Of a stretch of DNA of 64,000 bases, positions 55,451 to 64,000 are shown piece by piece; position 1 is the stretch's first letter, and each line of letters opens with the position of its first letter. The stretch is from an uncultured Bacilli bacterium (GTDB lineage Bacteria; Bacillota_I; Bacilli_A; RF39; UBA660). The stretch spans positions 21,690-85,689 of the forward strand of contig CAWVIV010000019.1 of assembly GCA_963929435.1 (NCBI GenBank), written 5' to 3'. Both the position numbers and the translations under genes were made by a program. The notes below the pieces were generated by a model that had not been told where the DNA came from, ran no database searches, and saw only the letters and a program-made list of their open reading frames with translations.

Positions 55451-56870
55451 TTATTTATTTAATTCTTTAACTAACATGTCACTAGCTTTTTTAGGATTAA
55501 CAGCACCCTTAGTCTCTTTCATTACTTGTCCCATCAAGTATTTTAAAGCTCTATCATGACCAGATTTATAGTCATTTACACTTTCACTATTATTTTCTAT
55601 TACTTTGGTAATGATATCTTTAATGAAGCTATCATCTGTAATATTTTTAATGTTAAATTCTTTTTTTAACTCATCAAGAGTCAAATCTCTTTCCATTAGT
55701 GAATCTATTAAGTCTTTAACATTTTTATTAGATAACTCTCCTTTTTCTAGAGCATCAACAACACTAACTAGTTTTTCATATGAAAGATGGGTATCAGTTA
55801 TTACTTTATTATGTTTATTTAAGTATGATGAGATATCTGAAAGTAATAGATTAACGGCTGTTACATAGTTAGTTTTAAATTCTAGTAGTCCTAAGAAATA
55901 ATCGTTTAAGGGTCTATTATTGATTAGTTTTTCTATTTGTAGAGAACTAAGTCCAATCTCACTATATTTTTTTCTTAGTTCATCTGGAAGTAAAGGTAGA
56001 GTTTTCAAAGAATCATTAATAAACTCATCAGTAAGTTCTAGATAAGGAATATCTGGTTCGATGAAGTAACGATAGTCATTTCCTGTTTCTTTAACACGCA
56101 TTAGGATAGTTTCGCCTAACTTATCATCAAAACGCCTTGTTTCTTCTCTAATAATGCCACCTGTTTCAAGAACTTTTTCTTGTCTTTCTATCTCTTTTTC
56201 AATAGCAAGTCCAACATTATGAATAGAACCAATATTTTTAGTCTCTGTTCTTACACCAAGCTACATCACTCTTACTAATAGAAACATTAGCATCACATCT
56301 CATGCTTCCTTCTTCCATTTTACAGTCACTAATATTAGCATAAAATAACATCTCTTTTAATTTAGTAAGATAGGCCATCGCCTCTTTACCATTACTAATA
56401 CTAGGAGTTGTTACTATTTCTATTAAAGGTACCCCTGCTCTATTAAAGTCTAAAAGACTTACACTACCACGATGGGCACTCTTACAAGTATCTTCTTCGA
56501 TATGAATATCAGAAATACCTATTTTTTTCTTAACTCCATCTACTTCTATTTCAACATAACCATTAGTACCAATAGGAGTTCTATTCTGAGTAATCTGATA
56601 GTTCTTAGAGTTATCTGGATAAAAGTAATTTTTTCTATCAAAGTGCATTTTCCTAGTAATATCACAGTTTAAGACTTTACAGGCTCTAAGTGCTTGTCTT
56701 ATTACTTCTTTATTGAGTGTAGGTAATGTTCCAGGATAGCCTAAGTCAATTACATTAACAGAAGTATTAGTAGCCATACCATAGGCATTGGCACTATCAG
56801 AAAAAAGTTTACTTTTACTTTTTATTTCGACATGTACTTCAAGACCAATAGTTGGAATATAGTTACTCAT
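55451..56870 (-). pseudogene. gatB: gatB, aspartyl/glutamyl-tRNA(Asn/Gln) amidotransferase subunit B. The reading frame is split by a single +1 frameshift near 56258-56266.
   Basis: 56238..56870 encodes the GatB N-terminal domain (IGLEVHVE…[15 protein letters not shown]). The -1 frame then reads [12 protein letters not shown]… continuously into 55451..56101 (MRVKETGNDYRYFIEPDIP…GQVMKETKGAVNPK). This could be a true pseudogene or a sequencing error. Confidence 0.8.
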
Positions 56871-58289
56871 TTAAAACACCTCCTCAAGAAAACTAGCAAG
56901 TTTATAAATAGTCGCTTCATCAAAGGCTTTGCCAATTATATGTAATCCAATAGGCATACCTTCACTATTTTTTCCTACAGGAATGTTTAAGCCAGGAAGT
57001 CCTGCCATATTAACAGGTATTACTAAAACATCATCCATAAAGGCTTTATGAGGGTCATCTTTGGAATTACCAAGAAGTGGAGCGACTCTTGTTGTAGTTG
57101 GTCCAATAATTAAATCATATTCTTTGAAGATACGATTAAACTCTTTAGTTATATCATCACGTACCATTAAGGCTTTATCATAATATGTTTTAGCATTCTC
57201 ACCACTTAGGATGTATGAACCTACCATAATTCTTCTTTTAACTTCATCACCAAAGCCTTCACCACGTGTTTTTCCATACATTTCATCAACACTATTTACA
57301 TCACTTGCTCTAAATCCATAACGAACACCATCAAAACGTGCTAAGTTACTACTAGCTTCAGCCATAGCGATTATCTGATAAAGGTTAACAGCTGTATCTA
57401 AGTATTTCATATCAACAATATCAACAACTGCACTGTTTTTATCACAAAAAGAAATGACTTCTTTTATTCTCTTACTAATCTCTTCATCAACAATATCACT
57501 AACAAAGTATTTAGGTAAGGCTATCTTCATACCTTTAATATCTTCTCCAATTAGTCTTGTAAAGTCTTCTTTTTCTTTTTTGACACTAGTAAGGTCTCTA
57601 TCATCTTCACCTACTAAGACATTTAGTAAACTAGCATTTTCATAGACAGTTCTAGTCATTGGTCCAATTTGGTCTAAGCTTGATGCGAATGCGACTAATC
57701 CATAACGTGATACTCTTCCATAAGTTGGTTTCATACCAACTATTCCTGTGTAACTAGCAGGTTGTCTAATACTTCCCCCGGTATCACTTCCAAGTGCTAG
57801 AGGAATAAGGCCTCCTGATACAGCACTGGCACTACCACCTGAACTACCTCCACTAACACGTTTTTTATCATGAGGGTTTAGGGGTGAACCAAAGTAACTT
57901 GTCTCACTAGTAGAACCCATAGCAAACTCATCCATATTAGTTTTACCAATAATTAACATTTTATTTTCTCTAATTTTCTCTACAACTGTAGCATCATATA
58001 TTGGTATAAAGTTTTCTAAGATATGAGAGGCACAGGTTGTCTTTAAATCTTTAGTAACAATATTATCTTTAACAGCGATAGGAATACCAAAGAAAAGATT
58101 ATCAGGGTCTACTTCACCTAATTCACTTGCTTCTTCTCTTACTTTATCATTAATAGTAATAAAGGCATTTAAGTCTTTATTTTCTTCTATTCTACTTAAG
58201 GCTTCATCTACTAAATCAAGAGGAGTTATTTCTTTATTTACTAATAACTCATGTATTTTTCTTATATCTAAATCTAAATATTTACTCAT
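56871..58289 (-). CDS. gatA: glutamyl-tRNA(Gln) amidotransferase subunit A (amidase signature family)
   Basis: Amidase signature GGSSGGSASAVSGG, with the catalytic Ser-cisSer-Lys context. 472 aa. Operon position between gatC and gatB. Confidence 0.9.
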   Translation of the reverse strand: MSKYLDLDIRKIHELLVNKEITPLDLVDEALSRIEENKDLNAFITINDKVREEASELGEVDPDNLFFGIPIAVKDNIVTKDLKTTCASHILENFIPIYDATVVEKIRENKMLIIGKTNMDEFAMGSTSETSYFGSPLNPHDKKRVSGGSSGGSASAVSGGLIPLALGSDTGGSIRQPASYTGIVGMKPTYGRVSRYGLVAFASSLDQIGPMTRTVYENASLLNVLVGEDDRDLTSVKKEKEDFTRLIGEDIKGMKIALPKYFVSDIVDEEISKRIKEVISFCDKNSAVVDIVDMKYLDTAVNLYQIIAMAEASSNLARFDGVRYGFRASDVNSVDEMYGKTRGEGFGDEVKRRIMVGSYILSGENAKTYYDKALMVRDDITKEFNRIFKEYDLIIGPTTTRVAPLLGNSKDDPHKAFMDDVLVIPVNMAGLPGLNIPVGKNSEGMPIGLHIIGKAFDEATIYKLASFLEEVF

Positions 58290-58575
58290 TAATCATCACC
58301 GGCACTTCTATAAAACTTCCATTCTTTTTAGGAGCATTTATTGTCGCTGCACTTGCACTTAACATCTTTCCTACAACATCTTCTCTTAATCTAGTATTAT
58401 CTTCTATTGGTGTATACATCATCTCATCATCATAGTCTTTAACCTCTTTTATCTTATCTATATCATCCATTAGTACTTTAAGTTGTACTCTAAACTTCTC
58501 TATTTCTTCTTCAGTTAAAGAAATACGAGCTAGATAGGCAACATGTAGTACTTCTTCTCTACTTAATCTATCCAT
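58282..58575 (-). CDS. gatC: Asp/Glu-tRNA amidotransferase subunit C. The start is moved to the Met at MDRLSREEV.
   Basis: About 97 aa: ISREEVLHVAYLARISLTEEEIEKF… Overlaps gatA by 8 nt. Confidence 0.8.
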   Translation of the reverse strand: MDRLSREEVLHVAYLARISLTEEEIEKFRVQLKVLMDDIDKIKEVKDYDDEMMYTPIEDNTRLREDVVGKMLSASAATINAPKKNGSFIEVPVMINE

Positions 58576-58643
58576 AGTTCCTCCTTTTCTTACTAGCTTA
58601 GTATACCACATAATAAAAACAAAAAAAAGTAATAGTGCTGATA

Positions 58644-58844
58644 TTATAAGCTTCTATTACCTAATTTTAAAACTCTCTCATTCGCTTTCGCCATTTCTTC
58701 TTTTCTTTGATACTCTTCCTCTATCTGTTTTTCAAGGAAATACTTATTACTAAATAGATTACTAAAATCACTCTCTAAATAACTAATGTTATATAAACTC
58801 AAAACTCCTTTATTAGGCAAATAAAATTCTTTTTTAACTTTCAT
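58644..58844 (-). CDS. hypothetical small protein
   Basis: 66 aa. Its start overlaps the fic stop. Confidence 0.3.
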   Translation of the reverse strand: MKVKKEFYLPNKGVLSLYNISYLESDFSNLFSNKYFLEKQIEEEYQRKEEMAKANERVLKLGNRSL

Positions 58845-58846
58845 AA

Positions 58847-59536
58847 TTAACTATTAGAAGAATTAAACAATTCTATCCTTTCTTTTTCTTTATCTGATAA
58901 TTCTTTAAGCCATGAAGCTAAAGCAGTTATATCTTTACTTCTTAATAGTTCAAAATATTTTGTTCTTTCTTCTTTAGGGATAACAATTGGTGGAATATTA
59001 TTTTTTAATAGTTCAAAATTAATAAGGAGTCTCCCTGTTCTTCCGTTGCCATCTTCAAAAGGGGGAATATGTTCAAACTCTATATGAAAGCCTGCAATTT
59101 TTTCGAATATATCTTTAGTCTCATTATGATTATAATTATAGACAAAATACATCATTAAATTATTAAGTTGTTCTGGTTTAGGAGGAATATCATCACTTCC
59201 TTTAATCATAACACTTACTTTTCTATAGCCTTTTGTATCTCTTATATCTTGATTTATTGTCTCATTAATTTTTTTTATAAATTCTTCATTAAGTTCTAAA
59301 TCATCACTTTTTAACTTTTCAAATAAAACATTCATGGCTTTCTTATGATTTATCGCTTCATATATTTCTCTAGGCTCTCTACCACTTATCTTAAAACTAT
59401 TATCATTAAAAAGAATAGCATATGTTTCTGCATAGGTAAGAGTACTACCTTCAATTGCATTAGAATGATAGGTGCTTCTAGTTATAAAATCTTCTAAATA
59501 ATTATTGTTACTCATAATAAAATCTATAATTTTCAC
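58847..59536 (-). CDS. fic: Fic-family protein (class II, with an N-terminal intramolecular inhibitory motif)
   Basis: Canonical active site HIPPFEDGNGRTGR. N-terminal inhibitory helix motif SNAIEG, i.e. (S/T)xxxE(G/N). Confidence 0.85.
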   Translation of the reverse strand: MKIIDFIMSNNNYLEDFITRSTYHSNAIEGSTLTYAETYAILFNDNSFKISGREPREIYEAINHKKAMNVLFEKLKSDDLELNEEFIKKINETINQDIRDTKGYRKVSVMIKGSDDIPPKPEQLNNLMMYFVYNYNHNETKDIFEKIAGFHIEFEHIPPFEDGNGRTGRLLINFELLKNNIPPIVIPKEERTKYFELLRSKDITALASWLKELSDKEKERIELFNSSNS

Positions 59537-59594
59537 AACTTATTACCTCCTTTAGTTATTTATATTGTAGCACATATAACTATTTAAAACTATT

Positions 59595-61586
59595 TTAACT
59601 TTTAGAAAAATAGATATTAGAATAATTAAACTCTTTCTCATCTAAGTTAAGACTATAACTAGAGTTAATATGAGTACATCTTCCATCAAAGTAAGTTGTA
59701 AATTTATCATTTTTTACATTAACTAAAGTATAAGGAGTATCCTTATCTATATTTAAGATATTACCTTTAATTAACATTACTTCTACATAGCCTTTAGTTT
59801 TAACTATTAATGGAATATTACCAAATCTTTTTCTAATAGACTCTATTAAATCTTTTAACTCTATATTATTAAGCTCTACTGATAAAGTAATGGCTTTATA
59901 CCCTAACTTATAAAGATAATAGGCAGTATATGAGTTAAAGACGTTAAGATGGTATGAGGCGATTACATCAGTAGTTGGTCTAAATAAATTACTAACAATA
60001 CTTTTATCTTTTAAGACATCTTTAAGGTAAAAAGGATTTCTATCTATTTCTTTATAATTATCTAAGTCTATTATCTCTTTAGTATTTATTTTATCAAAAG
60101 TTACTTCTTTAATAATAGGTTCTTTATAATCATTAAGTCTTTCTCCTATTAATCTTTCTGATAAAGTTCTTCTTGCAATATTTAAATCACCTATTCTAAT
60201 AAAGATATCTTTATCCATATCTATATTTATATGTTTAGTAATAAATGGTGTATTACCTAACTTTTCTAACTGAGTAATTAATCTATCTTTAGATATAGGA
60301 TTATTAATAGATTTCTCTACTATGCTACCTCTATAAGTAACTGTATGTTTTAAATCACTAAAAGTTAGAACAAACTCTTCTCCTACTTTGGCTTTTACAT
60401 CTATATTAATAGGAACTTTTCTTGTAATGGTAAAATCTGTTATTTCAAGACTTTTATCAGTAGTCTTTCTAACTTCATCTAGACTAGTTAACTTAACTTT
60501 ATTATCGACTTCAACTATTTGTTTAGAGTTACCTTTATTAATTAAATTATCTTTCATGTCATAGAGATAATTAACAATCATACCTTTATTACTTTCCCTA
60601 AATCTAATACCATCTCCTTGTAATAAAGTTTTATCTAATTCTATTCTAATTCTCTCATCATTGACATCTATAACTTTACCTAAATGGCTTCCTAAATGAT
60701 TAGGACTTTTTTTATTAATTAAGTCTTCATCATTAAATAAATGTCCTTTCGTAAAACCTCTATAAAACATACTCTTTAAGTCTTCTAAATCTTTAGTAGA
60801 AAGTTCTTTCCCATCAAGTATTTTACGATAATACTTAGTAATAAAACCTACATAAGATGGGCTTTTCATTCTTCCTTCTATTTTAAGACTAGTAACATTA
60901 CTAGGTAATTTTTTAATATCAACTGAAGTATTTAACTCTTTCATAGATAAGAGATATCCTTCATCAATTAGAGTTTTATCTTCATATAATTTATAAGGAA
61001 GTCTACAACTACCAACACATTCTCCTCTATTACCACTTCTTCCTCCTAACATCGAACTAAAAAGACAGTTACCAGAATAACTTACACATAAGGCTCCATG
61101 AATAAAGACTTCTAATTCTATAGGTATATCTATTTGTCTTATCTCATCTATACTCATTTCTCTTGGAAGTACTACTCTTTTTACTCCCATTTCGTATAGA
61201 AGTTTAATAGTCTCATAACTACTACTATTAACTTGAGTAGAAGCATGGATTACTAGATTAGGATACTTTTCTAGACATAAAGATATCATACCAAAGTCTT
61301 GCATTAAAATAGCATCTACTCCTAGATTATATAAGAACTCTACTTCTTTAAGAAAATCTTCCACTTCATTTTCTTTTACTAAAGTGTTCATCGTTACATA
61401 TATCTTAACGCCATATATTTTACCTAGTTTTAAGACTGTTTTTAACTCATCCTCTGTAAAGTTTTTAGCATAACTCCTTGCTCCAAACATTTTACCTGAT
61501 AAATAGACTGCATCTGCCCCATTATTAAGTGCCGCATAAAATGAATTTATATCTCCTGCTGGTACTAATAACTCCATAAACATCAC
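59595..61586 (-). CDS. U32-family peptidase (collagenase-like, YhbU/RlhA type)
   Basis: N-terminal ELLVPAGDINSFYAALNNGADAVYLSG… and the U32 core E-x-F-x-H-G-A-x-C (ELEVFIHGALCVSYSGNC). Confidence 0.8.
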   Translation of the reverse strand: MMFMELLVPAGDINSFYAALNNGADAVYLSGKMFGARSYAKNFTEDELKTVLKLGKIYGVKIYVTMNTLVKENEVEDFLKEVEFLYNLGVDAILMQDFGMISLCLEKYPNLVIHASTQVNSSSYETIKLLYEMGVKRVVLPREMSIDEIRQIDIPIELEVFIHGALCVSYSGNCLFSSMLGGRSGNRGECVGSCRLPYKLYEDKTLIDEGYLLSMKELNTSVDIKKLPSNVTSLKIEGRMKSPSYVGFITKYYRKILDGKELSTKDLEDLKSMFYRGFTKGHLFNDEDLINKKSPNHLGSHLGKVIDVNDERIRIELDKTLLQGDGIRFRESNKGMIVNYLYDMKDNLINKGNSKQIVEVDNKVKLTSLDEVRKTTDKSLEITDFTITRKVPINIDVKAKVGEEFVLTFSDLKHTVTYRGSIVEKSINNPISKDRLITQLEKLGNTPFITKHINIDMDKDIFIRIGDLNIARRTLSERLIGERLNDYKEPIIKEVTFDKINTKEIIDLDNYKEIDRNPFYLKDVLKDKSIVSNLFRPTTDVIASYHLNVFNSYTAYYLYKLGYKAITLSVELNNIELKDLIESIRKRFGNIPLIVKTKGYVEVMLIKGNILNIDKDTPYTLVNVKNDKFTTYFDGRCTHINSSYSLNLDEKEFNYSNIYFSKS

Positions 61587-61589
61587 CTT

Positions 61590-62072
61590 TTATATAATAA
61601 TTTTATAAATAATCAATTTAATTAATAGTACAATACCAATAATTATTAATAATTCATTATTGTATTCCCTCTTTTTGGGAAGAATTATCATTATAATCAT
61701 AGTTATAATAATATTACTTAATAATAATTTAAATTCTAAAGCATTAGTAAAAATAAAATCTATTATTAAATTTATAATAAATAAAAATATAGTATTAGTT
61801 AATATTTTCTTACTAATATAAAACAAATATTTCTTTTTGCCAAGTCTTGTAATAATACTATTTCTATTTAGAACATAGTAATAATACTTATCTAGATATA
61901 CTTTGAAGAAAAGAAAAGAAAAAATAATGCTATACATAATATCAATTGCTCTAAAAGTAGTAATATATTTTACATAAAAATAATAAGAGGAATCTTTAAA
62001 TAAATAATGTAATATAAAAGAAAGAACTATTATTAAAATATAACTGATATTTTTACTTACTAGTTTCATCAT
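61590..62072 (-). CDS. hypothetical membrane protein
   Basis: 160 aa, 4 TM, very AT-rich codon usage. Confidence 0.35.
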   Translation of the reverse strand: MMKLVSKNISYILIIVLSFILHYLFKDSSYYFYVKYITTFRAIDIMYSIIFSFLFFKVYLDKYYYYVLNRNSIITRLGKKKYLFYISKKILTNTIFLFIINLIIDFIFTNALEFKLLLSNIIITMIIMIILPKKREYNNELLIIIGIVLLIKLIIYKIII

Positions 62073-62673
62073 AAATTTTGCAATCCTTTATTATTAGTTT
62101 TCTATTATAATTTAATTTATCCATTAAATCATGAGAAGCGATAATTATTATTTTATCTTTTTTCTTAGCAAGATTATTAATAATTTTAAAAAACTCCTCT
62201 ATTGCTTCTTGGTCTAACCCTCTTATAGGTTCATCTAAAAGTATTATATCTTGTTCTTCCATAATAGCTTGTATAATTGCAACTTTTTGACGCATTCCTA
62301 AAGAATAATTTTTTAGTTTTTCCTTACTGTATAAATCTAAATTAAATTCTTTACATAATTTTTCAATTTTTTCTTGTACTTCGTCATTCCAAGAATTAAG
62401 AAGTGTATATAAATATTTTAGGTTATAAAGAATAGTCTCATTTTCAATAAAACCAGGATTTTCAATAACTGCACCTACTCTTTTATTTTTATCAATGGTG
62501 ATTGTACCACTATCAGGTTCTAAGATACCTGCTATTAATTTAAATAAAGTGGATTTTCCACTTCCATTTATACCATATAAGTGAACTAAATCTCCATTTT
62601 CTAATGACAAATTTACTTTATCAAAAATAACATGATGTTTAAATTTTTTACATAAATTTTCAATTTTTAACAT
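62053..62673 (-). CDS. ABC transporter ATP-binding protein
   Basis: Walker A GINGSGKST, signature LGMRQK, Walker B IILLDEPIRGLD. Confidence 0.8.
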   Translation of the reverse strand: MLKIENLCKKFKHHVIFDKVNLSLENGDLVHLYGINGSGKSTLFKLIAGILEPDSGTITIDKNKRVGAVIENPGFIENETILYNLKYLYTLLNSWNDEVQEKIEKLCKEFNLDLYSKEKLKNYSLGMRQKVAIIQAIMEEQDIILLDEPIRGLDQEAIEEFFKIINNLAKKKDKIIIIASHDLMDKLNYNRKLIIKDCKIYDETSK

Positions 62674-62674
62674 A

Positions 62675-63202
62675 TTATACGACCTCCATTATCTTTATTA
62701 AAAAAGGAATAAAATAATAATAAAATACTAAATTCATTATAACTGGAATAACTATATATTTGTTTCCCTTTTTAGTTAAAAATATTAACATAGAAAATAA
62801 TTCTTGTATTAAAAAATTAATAAAATTGAGAAATAGGAAAATTATAAAAAAATTCATTAATTTTATATTTATTCCTAATTTTAAATATATTGTTAGATAA
62901 GTAATAAAAAGAAAAACTAAAATATCAATTATACTATTTAATATATATTTACAGAAAAACTTTTTCTTACCAATTCTACATATAATTTTATCATAAATAC
63001 TTTTTACTTTTTTAGCTTTTTTAAACATATAAAATATATAGATATTATTTAATATTAAAGTAATATAATTAGTGGATGTTAAACTTGATATTAAATCAAT
63101 TTTAGGGCTTTTAGGAGATAGTAAAAAAATAGCGCAAAATATATTAGTAACAATAAAAATTAATAAAAATTGTAATCTATCTTTTTTTAATAATTTAATC
63201 AT
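62675..63202 (-). CDS. hypothetical membrane protein, putative ABC-2 permease component
   Basis: 175 aa, polytopic, translationally coupled to the ATPase gene. Confidence 0.4.
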   Translation of the reverse strand: MIKLLKKDRLQFLLIFIVTNIFCAIFLLSPKSPKIDLISSLTSTNYITLILNNIYIFYMFKKAKKVKSIYDKIICRIGKKKFFCKYILNSIIDILVFLFITYLTIYLKLGINIKLMNFFIIFLFLNFINFLIQELFSMLIFLTKKGNKYIVIPVIMNLVFYYYFIPFLIKIMEVV

Positions 63203-63899
63203 ATTTTCTCTCTTTTCTATATCTAATTAATATTAAAATTAAACTTATTAATAAATATCCCAAACAACTTACAAAAAAGTATATATTCGTTGTAAGTATT
63301 GAGGGTCGATATATTAAGGTATCTATACCAGGTGACAATAAATTGCCACTATAAATTAAATATAGTAAACCTATTCCTAAAGAATTATAATTATTAGAAA
63401 TTGATAAGTATAAATTACCTAAGAAAGCTGGTAGAAAAACACCTATTATTGACATAATAATGCCACTAACTTTATATACATAAAAATTTCTTATATAATA
63501 TATTAAACTATAAATAAATAATGAGAAAACACTGAAACCAATACTTGAATAAATAATAAATAAAATGAAAGATAAAAAACAGTTAGATGATAAAGCAAAA
63601 AAACCATCTGGATAATATGAAGGGTCTTTGTAAAAAGAAAAATTTATTTCTACAAAAAATGTATTTATTATAAAAAAGACCAAAATATGTAATAATATTC
63701 TAAATATAAAAGAATATATTAATACTTTTTTTATTTCATATTTAGTTCTTACTTTATTAGTTACTCTAGTAATAATAAATTTTTGAAATTTACTATATTT
63801 ATTTTTATAGTACTGACTAGGAATAAAATTAGTAGCTAAAAATCCTAAATATATATAAAATGGTAAAAAGTTACTAAAGCTATTTATTGTGTAAAACAT
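63195..63899 (-). CDS. hypothetical polytopic membrane protein, putative ABC-2 permease component
   Basis: 234 aa, at least 6 TM, overlaps the downstream membrane gene. Confidence 0.4.
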   Translation of the reverse strand: MFYTINSFSNFLPFYIYLGFLATNFIPSQYYKNKYSKFQKFIITRVTNKVRTKYEIKKVLIYSFIFRILLHILVFFIINTFFVEINFSFYKDPSYYPDGFFALSSNCFLSFILFIIYSSIGFSVFSLFIYSLIYYIRNFYVYKVSGIIMSIIGVFLPAFLGNLYLSISNNYNSLGIGLLYLIYSGNLLSPGIDTLIYRPSILTTNIYFFVSCLGYLLISLILILIRYRKERKYD

Positions 63900-64000
63900 A
63901 GATAATCCATATGTACTGCTATTAGATTTATAAAAGCCATCAGCATAAAAATTGTAACATAAAAAAACTATAAAATATGTTATTAAGATAGTTGCTATTA

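Overview
The window is AT-rich, low-GC Firmicutes (Clostridia-like) DNA. Roughly the first 47.7 kb is accessory DNA, and after that comes ordinary chromosome. The accessory part looks like a large mobile element, possibly an integrated conjugative element or plasmid. Its left end runs off the window edge. Nearly all of its genes are on the minus strand.

From left to right the element carries:
- a Tet(M)/Tet(O)-family ribosomal protection gene in a glyoxalase–PadR–tet operon;
- a class IIC-like group II intron, inserted right after an intrinsic terminator;
- a CPBP protease, glycine-zipper protein and membrane protein cluster;
- a Tcp/Tn916-like Gram-positive type IV secretion transfer module. 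It has an HxH-type relaxase with a MobC-like ribbon-helix-helix (RHH) partner, helically phased GTGGCTACC iterons, an M23 peptidase, VirB4, TcpE-like and VirB6-like proteins, an SSB, a sortase and an 829-aa Cna-B-type adhesin;
- a regulatory region with a candidate leader-peptide attenuator;
- an antimicrobial-resistance island. It holds a GntR–ABC module, two BceRS–BceAB-type modules that share a TTACA-N4-TGTAA box, a third two-component–ABC module, and an erm 23S rRNA methyltransferase with its own promoter. The island is bracketed by two paralogous double-HTH XRE regulators;
- a Rep-like winged-helix protein and two tandem IS91-family (HUH/Y2 rolling-circle) elements, each with a small zinc-ribbon passenger ORF.

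The element appears to end near 47.6–47.7 kb, next to a truncated D-Ala-D-Ala carboxypeptidase fragment.

The remaining chromosome encodes a DUF4143 ATPase, a VanY-like peptidase, a phosphotransferase, YihY, a degenerate GGDEF sensor, gatCAB (with gatB split by a +1 frameshift), a class II Fic protein, a U32 peptidase and an ABC transporter.

No rRNA, tRNA or CRISPR array was seen.
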